A DNA stretch of 50,468 nucleotides, taken from assembly GCA_964252505.1 (NCBI GenBank), contig CAXUNW010000001.1:1-50468 (forward strand), written 5' to 3'. Source of the DNA: an uncultured Acidobacteriaceae bacterium. Lineage in GTDB: Bacteria > Acidobacteriota > Terriglobia > Terriglobales > Acidobacteriaceae. Position 1 is the first letter of the stretch. Every line of letters starts with the position of its first letter. The notes below the pieces were generated by a model. The model was given only the letters and a program-made list of their open reading frames with translations. It made no database searches and was not told the DNA's origin. Of the stretch, positions 1 through 9,181 are shown piece after piece. The position numbers were made by a program, and so were the translations under genes.

Positions 1-1
1 G

Positions 2-433
2 AAGGTTGGGGTGGTGTGGGCAGGGGGAGAGTGGAACCCTGGACGGTCCATTCCGATGGCCGCGCTTCGTCCGCTTCTGTCGATGCCGGGTGCGGTGTTC
101 TGGAGCCTGCAGGGCGGCGATGCGCGGCGGGAGGCGACCGCGGGGCTGCGGGATGCCGTAGCCCTCTGCGGGGATGGGCTACCGGCGCTCGCGGCGATGA
201 TCGCCAACATGGACGTGGTGGTGACCGTGGATACGCTGGCGGCGCACCTTGCCGGAGCCTTGGGTAAGCCGGTCCTGGTGATGCTGGAGAGGGCGGCCGA
301 CTGGCGTTGGATGGAGCAGGGGAAGGAGACGGCGTGGTACCCGACGATGCATCTGGTTCGGCAGGAGAGCGCGGGCGACTGGGCGGGCGTCGTGGCGAGG
401 GTTGGCGAAGAACTGAGGGCGTTGACGGCATGA
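2..433 (+). CDS. GT9-like (heptosyltransferase-fold) glycosyltransferase, C-terminal part; truncated by the window edge
   Basis: Motifs VGVVWAGG, FWSLQ and DVVVTVDTLAAHLAGALGKP...ADWRW are typical of GT9-like/TPR-associated GT domains. The frame is open from the window start. Confidence 0.75.
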   Translation, partial: KVGVVWAGGEWNPGRSIPMAALRPLLSMPGAVFWSLQGGDARREATAGLRDAVALCGDGLPALAAMIANMDVVVTVDTLAAHLAGALGKPVLVMLERAADWRWMEQGKETAWYPTMHLVRQESAGDWAGVVARVGEELRALTA

Positions 434-1101
434 CGGCCTGGGACGGGTTCGATGTTTATCTGTTCGACATCGATGGGACGCTGCTGAACTGCAGGGACGC
501 GGTGCATTATTTTGCTTTTTGCGAGGCGCTGAGCGTCCTTGCGGGGCGGCCGATGAACCTGGATGGTGTGGTGACCCACGGCAACACGGACGGCGGCATC
601 CTGCGCGATGCGCTGCTGCTGGCGGGAGTTCCGGAGGCGTCATGGCGGCCTGAGATGGCGGCGGCACAGGCAGCGATGGGCGCGTTTGTGGAGAGACGGG
701 TGGGGGAGTTCGACACAGAGCCGACGCCGCGGATCGCGGAGGTTCTGGACCATCTGAAAGGGCGCGGAGCGTTGCTGGGCGTGGCAACGGGCAACCTGGA
801 ACGAATTGGCCGGGCGAAGCTGGCGCGTGCCTGCATTCTGGATCGCTTTGCTTTCGGGGCGTATAGCGATGGCTACGAGACGCGTCGGGACGTTTTTGGG
901 AACGCGCTTGCGATGGCAAGGGGGGCGTGCGGGGAGCGGGCGAGGGTGTGTGTTGCCGGGGACACGCCGGAGGATGTGCGGGCGGCGAAGGCCTGCGGGC
1001 TGCGCGTGATGGCGGTGGCTACGGGAATATTTCCCTATGAGGCGCTGCTGGCCGAGGAGCCGGACTGGTGTCTGCACACGTTTGCCGATGTGCTGGGCTA
1101 G
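430..1101 (+). CDS. HAD family hydrolase (phosphatase-like)
   Basis: Motif I LFDIDGTL, motif II VATGN, motif IV GDTPEDV. ATG at 430 overlaps the upstream stop (ATGA). Confidence 0.85.
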   Translation: MTAWDGFDVYLFDIDGTLLNCRDAVHYFAFCEALSVLAGRPMNLDGVVTHGNTDGGILRDALLLAGVPEASWRPEMAAAQAAMGAFVERRVGEFDTEPTPRIAEVLDHLKGRGALLGVATGNLERIGRAKLARACILDRFAFGAYSDGYETRRDVFGNALAMARGACGERARVCVAGDTPEDVRAAKACGLRVMAVATGIFPYEALLAEEPDWCLHTFADVLG

Positions 1102-2162
1102 AGCGCGGCCATGACAGCCTCAAACTGCAGGGCACGCTGGGTGGAGGTGTGCTCAGCGAGGATGCGTGCCCGCGCCCGCCGGCCGAGAGCGAGACGGTCA
1201 GCGTCCGAGAGGTTCTGCAGGAGATCGGCGACCTGCCGCGCAGAGTGGGCGATGAGGATCTCCTCGCCGGGAGTGAGAAAGGTGTCCAAGCCTGCCCAAG
1301 CGTCAGAGAGGATGGCGGCGCCGCATGCGGAGGCCTCAAAGAGGCGCACGGAGGGCGAGTAGCCAAGCTCGACCATCTCTGCACGGGTGAGATTGAGGGT
1401 GAGGCGGGAGGAGTTGTAGAAGGCTGGATGATCGGGGGGGGCGAGGTGTGCGAGGTGGTGGACGTTCGGCTGCCAGGTGGTTTCGGCCGGGTACATGGGC
1501 CCTGCGACGCGGAAGGTGTAGTCGGGGAGGAGCGCGGCGGGTGCGTTCAGGAGTTCGATCAGCTTCGGCTGGCGGTCCGGCGCATAGGTTCCGAGATAGC
1601 TGAGGTCACAGGCAAAGCGGGGCTGACTGGGCGCGGGGCGGTAGAGATCGGGATCGACTGAACAGAAGAAGGGGACGGCGCGGCGGGCACCGTAGGTCGT
1701 AGTGAGAACCTGGAGGGCGGGACCGCCAGAGAAGCTGAGGTAGGCGGCGAAGTGCGGGATGAGCGCGCCCGTGAGGTAGGCCGTGGCGCCATTGGCGGCA
1801 AGGGCCGCAAGCGTGATAGGGGTGTCGATGTCGTAGAAGAGGAGCGGGGCGGGGGTGTGCTCCAGCAAGGCTTCGGCGGCGGCGATGGCGTCGGGAAAGT
1901 AGGAGCCGATGACGATGGCATCCGCATCGGCGGCGAGCTTAATGAGGGCTGCGTGCTCAATCTGCCAGGAGGAATAGAGATGGAGAGAGCAGAAGGGTGG
2001 CGTGGGCAGATCGCGATTGTCGCGGTACCAGTCCACGTCCTTTTCAATGAAAAGGAGGGTGTGCCCGCGGGCGGCGAGAGCCTTGAGCAGGGAGCGGTAG
2101 GTGGTGGCGTGGCCGTTGCCCCAAGAGGAGGTGACGGTGAGGCCGAAGAAGACGATCTTCAT
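1098..2162 (-). CDS. CgeB-like glycosyltransferase (GT-B, Glyco_trans_1_2)
   Basis: MKIVFFGLTVTSSWGNGHATTYR, FYDIDTP, LNLTR...GYSPSVRLFEASACG. Start reset to the ATG at 2162 (ATGA coupling). Confidence 0.85.
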   Translation of the reverse strand: MKIVFFGLTVTSSWGNGHATTYRSLLKALAARGHTLLFIEKDVDWYRDNRDLPTPPFCSLHLYSSWQIEHAALIKLAADADAIVIGSYFPDAIAAAEALLEHTPAPLLFYDIDTPITLAALAANGATAYLTGALIPHFAAYLSFSGGPALQVLTTTYGARRAVPFFCSVDPDLYRPAPSQPRFACDLSYLGTYAPDRQPKLIELLNAPAALLPDYTFRVAGPMYPAETTWQPNVHHLAHLAPPDHPAFYNSSRLTLNLTRAEMVELGYSPSVRLFEASACGAAILSDAWAGLDTFLTPGEEILIAHSARQVADLLQNLSDADRLALGRRARARILAEHTSTQRALQFEAVMAAL

Positions 2163-3370
2163 GCGTGAGCTACCGTGGCGGGCGCGGAGGTGAGGCGCGC
2201 GGCGGTCTGTCGCCAGCCCGGGACGGTGTCCCAGTCCGCGAGGGTGGCCAGGGATTCGGTTTGGCGGGGGGCCGCGGAGCGGCGGCGTGCGGCGCACTGA
2301 CGAAAGGCATAGTCGGCCTGGGCAGCGCGCTGGGCATAGGTGTGGTCACGCAGAGCCCGTGCGTAGAAGGCTTCGCCGATGCATGTGCGCGCGGCGGGGG
2401 TGTGGTCTGCGAGGGCGGCGGCGACCTCCTCCGCGGTGCGGGCGACGAGCACCTCGGAGCCAGGCTTGAAGCAGTCGGCCAGGCCGGGCCAGTCATCGCA
2501 GATCATGCAGGCGGCGGCGCCTGCTACCTCAAACACGCGAGTGGGCGGGGAGAAGCCAAAGTCCGCCATGGAGGCCCGGTTGATGTTGAGCACCATGCCG
2601 GCGGAGGCGTTGAGGCGGTTGTGGCCGGCGGTGGGGACGTGGCCGATGTACCGGACGTTGGTGGGCATGGGCTTATCGGACCAGCCCTCGCCGCCGAGCA
2701 GGAATCGCTGCTCTGGGCTCAGAGCCGCGGCCCGGAAGAAGAGCTCATCGACGCGGGCTTCGCGGTCCGGGAGGCGGTTGCCGAGGAAGGCGAGGTCGCA
2801 GGCGAGGGAGGGGTCGGGGGCGACCGGATGATGTGTGTCTGGATCGAGGCCGTTGTACATGCTGTAGTAGGCGCGAGCCCCGAACTCGAGGAAGCCCTGC
2901 CGGGCGAGCGGGCCGCCGCCATAGGTGAGGATGGCGTCGTAGAGGCGGGTGGAGCGGGCGAGGGCATCGGTGGCGGGTGCGGCCCGCATGCGGCCGATGG
3001 TGGCGGGGGCATCGACATCCCAGATGAAGGTCATGGCCGAGGGGGAGCATGCCTGGGGGATGCGGGCTTCGAGCGCAGCGTCGTCGCAGCCGATGCCGGA
3101 GTGTTTGACGACGATGTCGGCCTGCGCGGCGAGGGCCACCATGCGGTCGAGATCGCGTCCTCCGTCGACGTGGGCGGGCTGGTAGACGATGGAGTCGACG
3201 AAGGAGAGGTCGACGTTGTCACGGTGTTGCTGGCGGCTGTAGGCGTCGGGCTCGGCGAAGGTGATGTGGTAGCCGAGGCGGGAGAGGTATTTGTAACAGC
3301 CGCGGTAGTAGGTGGCGGCGCCGTTCCAGTAGGAGGAGACGATTGAGGAGCCGAAGGCAAAGATCTTCAT
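2159..3370 (-). CDS. CgeB-like glycosyltransferase
   Basis: SSYWNGAATYYRG, WDVDAP, GNRLPDREARV, GFSPPTRVFEVAG; paralog of its neighbours. Confidence 0.85.
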   Translation of the reverse strand: MKIFAFGSSIVSSYWNGAATYYRGCYKYLSRLGYHITFAEPDAYSRQQHRDNVDLSFVDSIVYQPAHVDGGRDLDRMVALAAQADIVVKHSGIGCDDAALEARIPQACSPSAMTFIWDVDAPATIGRMRAAPATDALARSTRLYDAILTYGGGPLARQGFLEFGARAYYSMYNGLDPDTHHPVAPDPSLACDLAFLGNRLPDREARVDELFFRAAALSPEQRFLLGGEGWSDKPMPTNVRYIGHVPTAGHNRLNASAGMVLNINRASMADFGFSPPTRVFEVAGAAACMICDDWPGLADCFKPGSEVLVARTAEEVAAALADHTPAARTCIGEAFYARALRDHTYAQRAAQADYAFRQCAARRRSAAPRQTESLATLADWDTVPGWRQTAARLTSAPATVAHA

Positions 3371-4482
3371 GAGAGGACCTCCAGGCAGACCTGGGTAAGC
3401 TGCTGCGCGCGGTGCAGGCAGGTGTGGCGGTCAAGAACGGTGGCAAGCCCCTGGGCGGCCTGTTGCAAGGCGGCGCGAGGGTCTTCGAGAATTTCCTGCA
3501 TCTGCTCGCGCATGGCGGCGCCCGTGGGGACGAAGCGAAGATCTCCGGGGCGGAAGAGCTCCTCGGTATCCTGCCAAGGCGCGGAGAGCAGAGGGATGCC
3601 GCAGGCGAGGGCCTCAAAGACGCGGATGGTGGGGATGCCGGTCATGAGTGCGGTGTACTGCTGCCGGGGGATGTGCAGGGTGAGGCGCGAGCGGGCGTAA
3701 ACGGTGGGAGCCTCGAGGTTTGGCAGGTAGCCGCCATAGGCGGTGTGCGCGTGTTGCAGCGCGTGGAGTCCGTCTGCGGGATAGCGGACGCCGAAGATCC
3801 TGCACGTGCCGTGGAAGGCGGTTGCAGGCTCCACCAGATACTCGCGGATCTCGTCGGCGCGTTCGCCCTCGCCCCAGTTGCCGATCCAGACGAGGTCCTG
3901 CTCGACAGGCTGGTTCGGGAAGGGCCGAAACACAGTGGTGTCGGCGGCCTCGTGGAGGGTCCAGACGCGCCGCAGACCGAAGCGGTCGAGGTAGATCTGG
4001 CGCAGTGTTTCGCCAAAGGCAAGGATGCCGTCGAAGGATTCCAGCCCGAGTGTGGCGAAGCTGGCGGGAGAGGACGAGGCGCGATGATGAGTGTCATGGA
4101 ACAGCAGTTTGAAGTGGAGCTTCCTGCGCAGGTGGAGGAGCAGATGTGCTAGGGCGGGCGGGTTCCACTCATGAAGGATGACGATTTGCGCGCCCTGCAG
4201 GCGCTCTTGCCAGAGAGAGGCGTCGTCGAGGTCCAGCTCGGCAGGAGCGTAGGTTTGGAGGTCGAGCTCCGGGTAGGTCTGTTTGAAGGCATCAAGGGAC
4301 TGGCGGCCCTTTGGCTCGGTCAGAAGATTGTCGAACGACCACCCGGTGGCCGGTTCGAAGGCGGTGACGGCATGGTTAAGGCTATGCAGCGCACGTAGCA
4401 GGCCGCGAAGAAAATGGGCGTTGCCGTTGTTCCAATCCGAGCGCAGGCTGTGAGCAAAATAGGCGATGCGCAGCTCAGGCAT
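3367..4482 (-). CDS. CgeB-like glycosyltransferase
   Basis: HSLRSDWNNGNAHFLRG, FHDTHHR, GIPTIRVFEALACGIP. Start reset to the ATG at 4482. Confidence 0.85.
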   Translation of the reverse strand: MPELRIAYFAHSLRSDWNNGNAHFLRGLLRALHSLNHAVTAFEPATGWSFDNLLTEPKGRQSLDAFKQTYPELDLQTYAPAELDLDDASLWQERLQGAQIVILHEWNPPALAHLLLHLRRKLHFKLLFHDTHHRASSSPASFATLGLESFDGILAFGETLRQIYLDRFGLRRVWTLHEAADTTVFRPFPNQPVEQDLVWIGNWGEGERADEIREYLVEPATAFHGTCRIFGVRYPADGLHALQHAHTAYGGYLPNLEAPTVYARSRLTLHIPRQQYTALMTGIPTIRVFEALACGIPLLSAPWQDTEELFRPGDLRFVPTGAAMREQMQEILEDPRAALQQAAQGLATVLDRHTCLHRAQQLTQVCLEVLS

Positions 4483-5602
4483 GTGCGAGCTCGGACTCCT
4501 GCTCCATGGCGACGGTGGTGACCAGTTTGTTGTAGAGGGCGAGGTAGCCTTCGGCCATGGCGTGGGCGCTGTAGCGACGGGCACGGAGGCGGGCGCGGCA
4601 CTGCGCGCCACGGAGGCGGCGGGGGTTGCCGGCCAGGCTGCTCAGGATGTGTTGCAGAGAGCCTGCCGAGGTAAAGTACGACGCACCATCTTTCCAGACC
4701 TCACGGAAGGAAGGAATGTCGCGGGCGACGATGGCGCAGCCCTGCTCCGCGGCTTCGAGGGGCGCGAGGCCGAAGGGCTCGTAGACAGAGGTGGCGACGT
4801 AGACGGCGCTCTCTGAGAAAAGTGAGAGCAGGTCTGCGTGGGGGCGGGGTTCCAGCCAGATGAAGCCGTCCTTCGACTCGACGGCGAAGCGTTTCCCTCT
4901 GCCGGCCACCAGAAACGGCATGGGGGGTTCAACCTCGCTCAAAATGTCGAGCCCCTTCGCTTCATCCCAAAGGCGGCCCGCGGTGATGGCCTGCAGCCTG
5001 CGCGGTCTGGCGCTTGCTGTGCGTGGCGGAATGCCGTTGGCGATGACCTCGGGCACGGACCGCAGGCTAAAGAGCCTGGCGGTTGTGTCGGCCATCCAGC
5101 GGGTGGGCGCAACGACCATAGCGGCCTCGCGGAGACCGCGCTCCACGAGCGTGCGATAGGTTCTGAGCCAGGCCGGCGATGCGGTATGCTCGAGCCGCGC
5201 GAGGCCTTCCGGCCGAAGGGTCGACTCGGCCCAACTGAGGACGTCACTATGTGCGGTGACAAGGACGGGCAGCACATCGTTCATGCGGCCGAAACACATC
5301 TGGCTGGTGTGAAGGATGTCGGGGGCAAACTCGTTCATGACCCGCGCGAGGACGCTGCTGCCGACCTTCCAGGCACGGTCGTTGGAGGTCATCCACTCAA
5401 GTGGTGCGTCAGAGGCGCAGAAGCTGAAGCGCCCTGGGAAGGCGGTTGAGAAGACTGCCATGGTGGCAGCCTGATCGCAGGCAGGCTTCGGGCCGAAGCT
5501 GACCAGCGCCACAGAATGTCCGGCGTCTAAAAGGCCCCGCGCCAGGGTTGAGGTGAAAGACCAGACGCCACCCATCGTATCCGTGGTCAGCAGAACGCGC
5601 AC
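4475..5602 (-). CDS. GT4 family glycosyltransferase
   Basis: MRVLLTTDTMGGVW N-terminus and an EPFGLAPLEA (EX7E) motif. Confidence 0.85.
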   Translation of the reverse strand: MRVLLTTDTMGGVWSFTSTLARGLLDAGHSVALVSFGPKPACDQAATMAVFSTAFPGRFSFCASDAPLEWMTSNDRAWKVGSSVLARVMNEFAPDILHTSQMCFGRMNDVLPVLVTAHSDVLSWAESTLRPEGLARLEHTASPAWLRTYRTLVERGLREAAMVVAPTRWMADTTARLFSLRSVPEVIANGIPPRTASARPRRLQAITAGRLWDEAKGLDILSEVEPPMPFLVAGRGKRFAVESKDGFIWLEPRPHADLLSLFSESAVYVATSVYEPFGLAPLEAAEQGCAIVARDIPSFREVWKDGASYFTSAGSLQHILSSLAGNPRRLRGAQCRARLRARRYSAHAMAEGYLALYNKLVTTVAMEQESELAHA

Positions 5603-6918
5603 GCTGGCTCCTGAACGGGGAAGTCGAGTTCGGCCAGTGATAAAGGACGTTCCGACTGTATGTCTGACCAGCCACGATCAGCAAATGACTGGAGGTAATG
5701 GGCGTGGGCTCTCTCCCAGGCGGCTTCATCCGGCTGCGCGCCAAAGGTTGTTACATATTCGGGGGAGCCGGGAAATGGGAACATAGGAACCGGCTCGGAG
5801 ACCCAGACGCCCTGCGCTTTGAGGTTAGTCTGCCAGGCCGCGACAAGGGCTGCATCGTCTTCCGGCACTTTAATGAGGTTTGCCTGAACCCAGGGGATGC
5901 GCTGCCGGGCAAAGATAAGAAGCTCCGTAATGCGCTCGGTCGTGATGCGGCACTTTTTGTTCATGGCATCGCGGCCTTCATCGGTGATGCTTTCGACACC
6001 ACACTCGAAGGAGACGCAGTGTGCCCGCGCGAGCAGCTCGATGGACTCTTCATCCCAGAGATCGATCCTGGTCTGAAAGCCGATGGACACAGGGCGTGTG
6101 GCGATTGCCTCCAGCAAGGCGCGTACCTGTTTGCCGACTCCGAAGATTTCATCGATAAAGTAAATATAGTCGACGCCGCGAGCGATGAGTTGGTCGATCT
6201 CCGCAAGAACTGCGGGTAGAGTCCGTTCGCGGTACTTGTTGCGGAAGAGCGTCTTGTTGCAGAAGGTGCAGGCGTAGGGGCATCCCCGGGCGAACTCCAC
6301 CTCCGCGCCGTGGTGCAGGTGGTCCGCACCGTTTGCGGGAAAGATGTGATGAAGATGGTGGTGACGCTCAACGGCGTAGTCGGAGTAATCGAGAGTGCCC
6401 ACAGCCCGCATATCGGTCTCGCCCAGGCCTGGAGTCGTGTGGAGGACTCCGTTGGAGTCTCGCCAGACGCATCCGGGAATCATCTCCCAGGGATGGGTGG
6501 CAAGCAGCGCCAGCGTCTGGTCGGGCTCTCCGCGAAGGACGATGGAAGCACCGGTTTTTTCCATAGTCGCCACCGGGGTCACCGAGCCGTGTGGCCCAAT
6601 GACGACGACCTTCGAGGTGCGTTGCAGCGCGGCGATCCACTGCCGCGGGACCCGCAACTCCGGCTGCGGGCATCTCCAAAAGAGGTAGGACGGAGCGGTG
6701 GGGATGACTAAGAAGTCCTCGTGGAAGCCGTCCAGCCGCGCGACAACCTGCGCCGGGGTGAGTTGCTCCATCCATGCATCGACGAGCAGCACATCATGTC
6801 CCGCGGCACGCAGCATCTCTCGCGCGGAAAGGAGTTCGAGCGGAAAGTGCGGCTCCGCACAGCCGAAGTATGTGGAGCCCTGGAAGCTCCAGAAAGGATT
6901 GACGAGCGCGTATTTCAA
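5587..6918 (-). CDS. B12-binding domain / radical SAM protein, rhizo-twelve system (TIGR04295-like)
   Basis: RGCPYACTFC (CxxxCxxC), N-terminal cobalamin-binding-like region (YFGC...PLEL; SYLFWRCP), YFIDEIF, QTRIDLW; context of CgeB GTs and epimerases. Confidence 0.85.
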   Translation of the reverse strand: MKYALVNPFWSFQGSTYFGCAEPHFPLELLSAREMLRAAGHDVLLVDAWMEQLTPAQVVARLDGFHEDFLVIPTAPSYLFWRCPQPELRVPRQWIAALQRTSKVVVIGPHGSVTPVATMEKTGASIVLRGEPDQTLALLATHPWEMIPGCVWRDSNGVLHTTPGLGETDMRAVGTLDYSDYAVERHHHLHHIFPANGADHLHHGAEVEFARGCPYACTFCNKTLFRNKYRERTLPAVLAEIDQLIARGVDYIYFIDEIFGVGKQVRALLEAIATRPVSIGFQTRIDLWDEESIELLARAHCVSFECGVESITDEGRDAMNKKCRITTERITELLIFARQRIPWVQANLIKVPEDDAALVAAWQTNLKAQGVWVSEPVPMFPFPGSPEYVTTFGAQPDEAAWERAHAHYLQSFADRGWSDIQSERPLSLAELDFPVQEPACAFC

Positions 6919-8045
6919 GCCATCTCCTGACTGACAAGGTCGGCTTCTATGAGAGCGCCTCCAGCGGCCGCGGAGGTACGATGCAACGTGAGGAGTTCGC
7001 GATTTCGCTGCCAGAAGCGATAGACGGCCTGAAAGATGTCAGTCCGGGAGCGCCGGGGCAGCCAGCCTGTGTGTGCGGTGAGTCGACTGGTGTCCGAGAT
7101 GTAAAGTGGCTGGTCCCCGGGCCGCACTTCGCTCGAACGCAAATGCGGGGCGATGCCGGTGAGCGCCTGGATGTGTTGAAGCGCATCGGCGACGCTGATC
7201 GAACGCTCCAGGCCGCCGCCCACATTGTAAATCTCCCCTGCGGTTGTGTCCCTCGCGACATGCGCCGCTTCCATTGCATCGACGAGATCATAGACATGAA
7301 GGATGTCGCGGACCTGGTAGCCGTCGCCGTAGATGGTGATGGGCCGGCGCTCCAGAACCGAATAGAGAAAGTGGGCGATCCAGCCCTGATCTTCCGTACC
7401 GAACTGGCGTGGGCCCGCGATGCAGGACATGCGGAAGACAACGGTAGGCAGGTTGTAAATACGTGCATAGTCGTGCACATACTGGTCGGCGGCGCCTTTA
7501 GAGCAGCCGTAGGGTGAGTGGAAGTCCAGGGGTTCGAGCTCACCGACACCGCCAAAGTTCTGGTCCTGGGCGCGATAGTGAGTACCTTCAAGGACTGTGG
7601 GCACGCCCCGCAGCGCGCCGTAGACCTTGTTGGTCGAGGTAAAGAGCAGAAAGGGGTTGTTGGCCGAACGGCGGGCAGCCTCAAGCACATTAAAGGTCCC
7701 AATGACGTTGATTTCAAGATCGTCCCGAGGCGCCTCTACGGATGTTGTGACTGCGACCTGCGCGGCAAGGTGATAGATCTCATCGACGTCTTCCGCGGCC
7801 CGTGCTACGTCAGACGGATTGCGGATGTCGCCAGGGACCCACTCCAGCCGCTCGCTGTCGGCAAGACTGCGCAGCCATGCCAAGTTATGTGCGACGCCGC
7901 ATCTTGAGAGGTCGTCGAAGACGCGCACCCTTGTATCCGGCTGGCTCAGGAGCCTTTCGGCGAGGTTCGATCCGATGAACCCTGCACCGCCCGTAATGAG
8001 GATAGATCTGGCCGGCCGGGACCCGCTTTGTGTGGCACGGCTCAT
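6915..8045 (-). CDS. NAD-dependent epimerase/dehydratase (CDP-paratose 2-epimerase-like extended SDR)
   Basis: ITGGAGFIGS, HLAAQVAVTTS, STNKVYG, SPYGCSKG (YxxxK), RMSCIAG. Confidence 0.9.
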   Translation of the reverse strand: MSRATQSGSRPARSILITGGAGFIGSNLAERLLSQPDTRVRVFDDLSRCGVAHNLAWLRSLADSERLEWVPGDIRNPSDVARAAEDVDEIYHLAAQVAVTTSVEAPRDDLEINVIGTFNVLEAARRSANNPFLLFTSTNKVYGALRGVPTVLEGTHYRAQDQNFGGVGELEPLDFHSPYGCSKGAADQYVHDYARIYNLPTVVFRMSCIAGPRQFGTEDQGWIAHFLYSVLERRPITIYGDGYQVRDILHVYDLVDAMEAAHVARDTTAGEIYNVGGGLERSISVADALQHIQALTGIAPHLRSSEVRPGDQPLYISDTSRLTAHTGWLPRRSRTDIFQAVYRFWQRNRELLTLHRTSAAAGGALIEADLVSQEMA

Positions 8046-9181
8046 GCAGTCAACCCATATGCACTTAGTTCCTGCAACATGGTCTCCGCTTTATCTTCGG
8101 CCTTTTGGCCGGCGAGCCAGGCGGCAAGCTCGCGAAAGCCTTCTTCGTGCGTCACGGTGGGAGTGTAGCCCAGGAGCGCGTGGGCGCGTGTCAGGTCGGC
8201 GAAGCAGTGGCGGATATCGCCCGCGCGATACTTCTGCGTGATGACCGGGGTCAGCTCCGGTTTGCCGAGAGCCTCAGCGAGAATCTCCGCAACCCGGCGG
8301 ATGCTGATGGGAACGCCCCCACCGACGTTGATCACCTGATCGTCGGCTGCGGGACTTTCCATGGCGAGAAGGTTGGCGCGTACGATGTCGTGCACGCTGA
8401 CAAAGTCCCGCATCTGCTCGCCGTCTTCAAAGACCAGCGGATTCTGGTTGTTGATGAGCCGTGCGGCGAAGATGGCCGCTACGCCGGTATACGGGTTGGA
8501 GAGCGCCTGCCGCGTTCCGTAAATATTGTAGAAGCGCAGTGCCGTGACCGGGACGCCATAGGTGCGACCGTAGATCATGCAGAGCTCTTCCTGGTCGCGT
8601 TTTGAGAGCGCATAGATCGAGTTGATCTCGGAAGGCTTGTTCTCGGCTGTGGGCACGGGCAGAAGGAGCCCCTCGCATACGGTGCAGTGAAGGTCCCACA
8701 CAGCGGCTTTCAGTTGCGCCACGGGGCGGACGGGCGGAAAGGCAGCCAGGCCGCACTGCCCGCAGCGATACTGACCCTCGCCATAGATGGACATAGAGGA
8801 AGCCACGATGATTTTCTCGATGGGTGTGTGATTATCAAGAATTGCTTGAAGCAGCTCCGCGGTGCCCTGCGTATTCACACTCATGTAGCGGGCGATCTCG
8901 TACATCGATTGACCCACGCCCACGGTCGCGGCGAAGTGGAAGATGACGTCCACGCCGTTCAGCACCTCGCGCAGACGATTCGGATCCCGCACGTCGCCGG
9001 CAACCAGCTCAACCTCTGGCGAGAGGTAATCGGGCCGGCCGTTTTGATGCACCTGGGGGGTTAGGTCATCGAGCACGCGGACCCTATGGCCGACAGCCAG
9101 AAGGCCATCTGCAAGATGGGACCCCACGAATCCGGCGCCCCCGGTAATCAGTATCTGCTTTGATCGGGAAGGAATCCTCAT
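8042..9181 (-). CDS. NAD-dependent epimerase/dehydratase with a Cys-pair insertion
   Basis: ITGGAGFVGS, SSMSIYGEG, YALSK, NPYTGVAAIF; CGQC...CTVC insertion. Confidence 0.9.
   Translation of the reverse strand: MRIPSRSKQILITGGAGFVGSHLADGLLAVGHRVRVLDDLTPQVHQNGRPDYLSPEVELVAGDVRDPNRLREVLNGVDVIFHFAATVGVGQSMYEIARYMSVNTQGTAELLQAILDNHTPIEKIIVASSMSIYGEGQYRCGQCGLAAFPPVRPVAQLKAAVWDLHCTVCEGLLLPVPTAENKPSEINSIYALSKRDQEELCMIYGRTYGVPVTALRFYNIYGTRQALSNPYTGVAAIFAARLINNQNPLVFEDGEQMRDFVSVHDIVRANLLAMESPAADDQVINVGGGVPISIRRVAEILAEALGKPELTPVITQKYRAGDIRHCFADLTRAHALLGYTPTVTHEEGFRELAAWLAGQKAEDKAETMLQELSAYGLTA

Noticed and set aside
2165-4152. 393-aa and 246-aa plus-strand ORFs
   Set aside because: Antisense to well-supported glycosyltransferases, with no recognisable domains.
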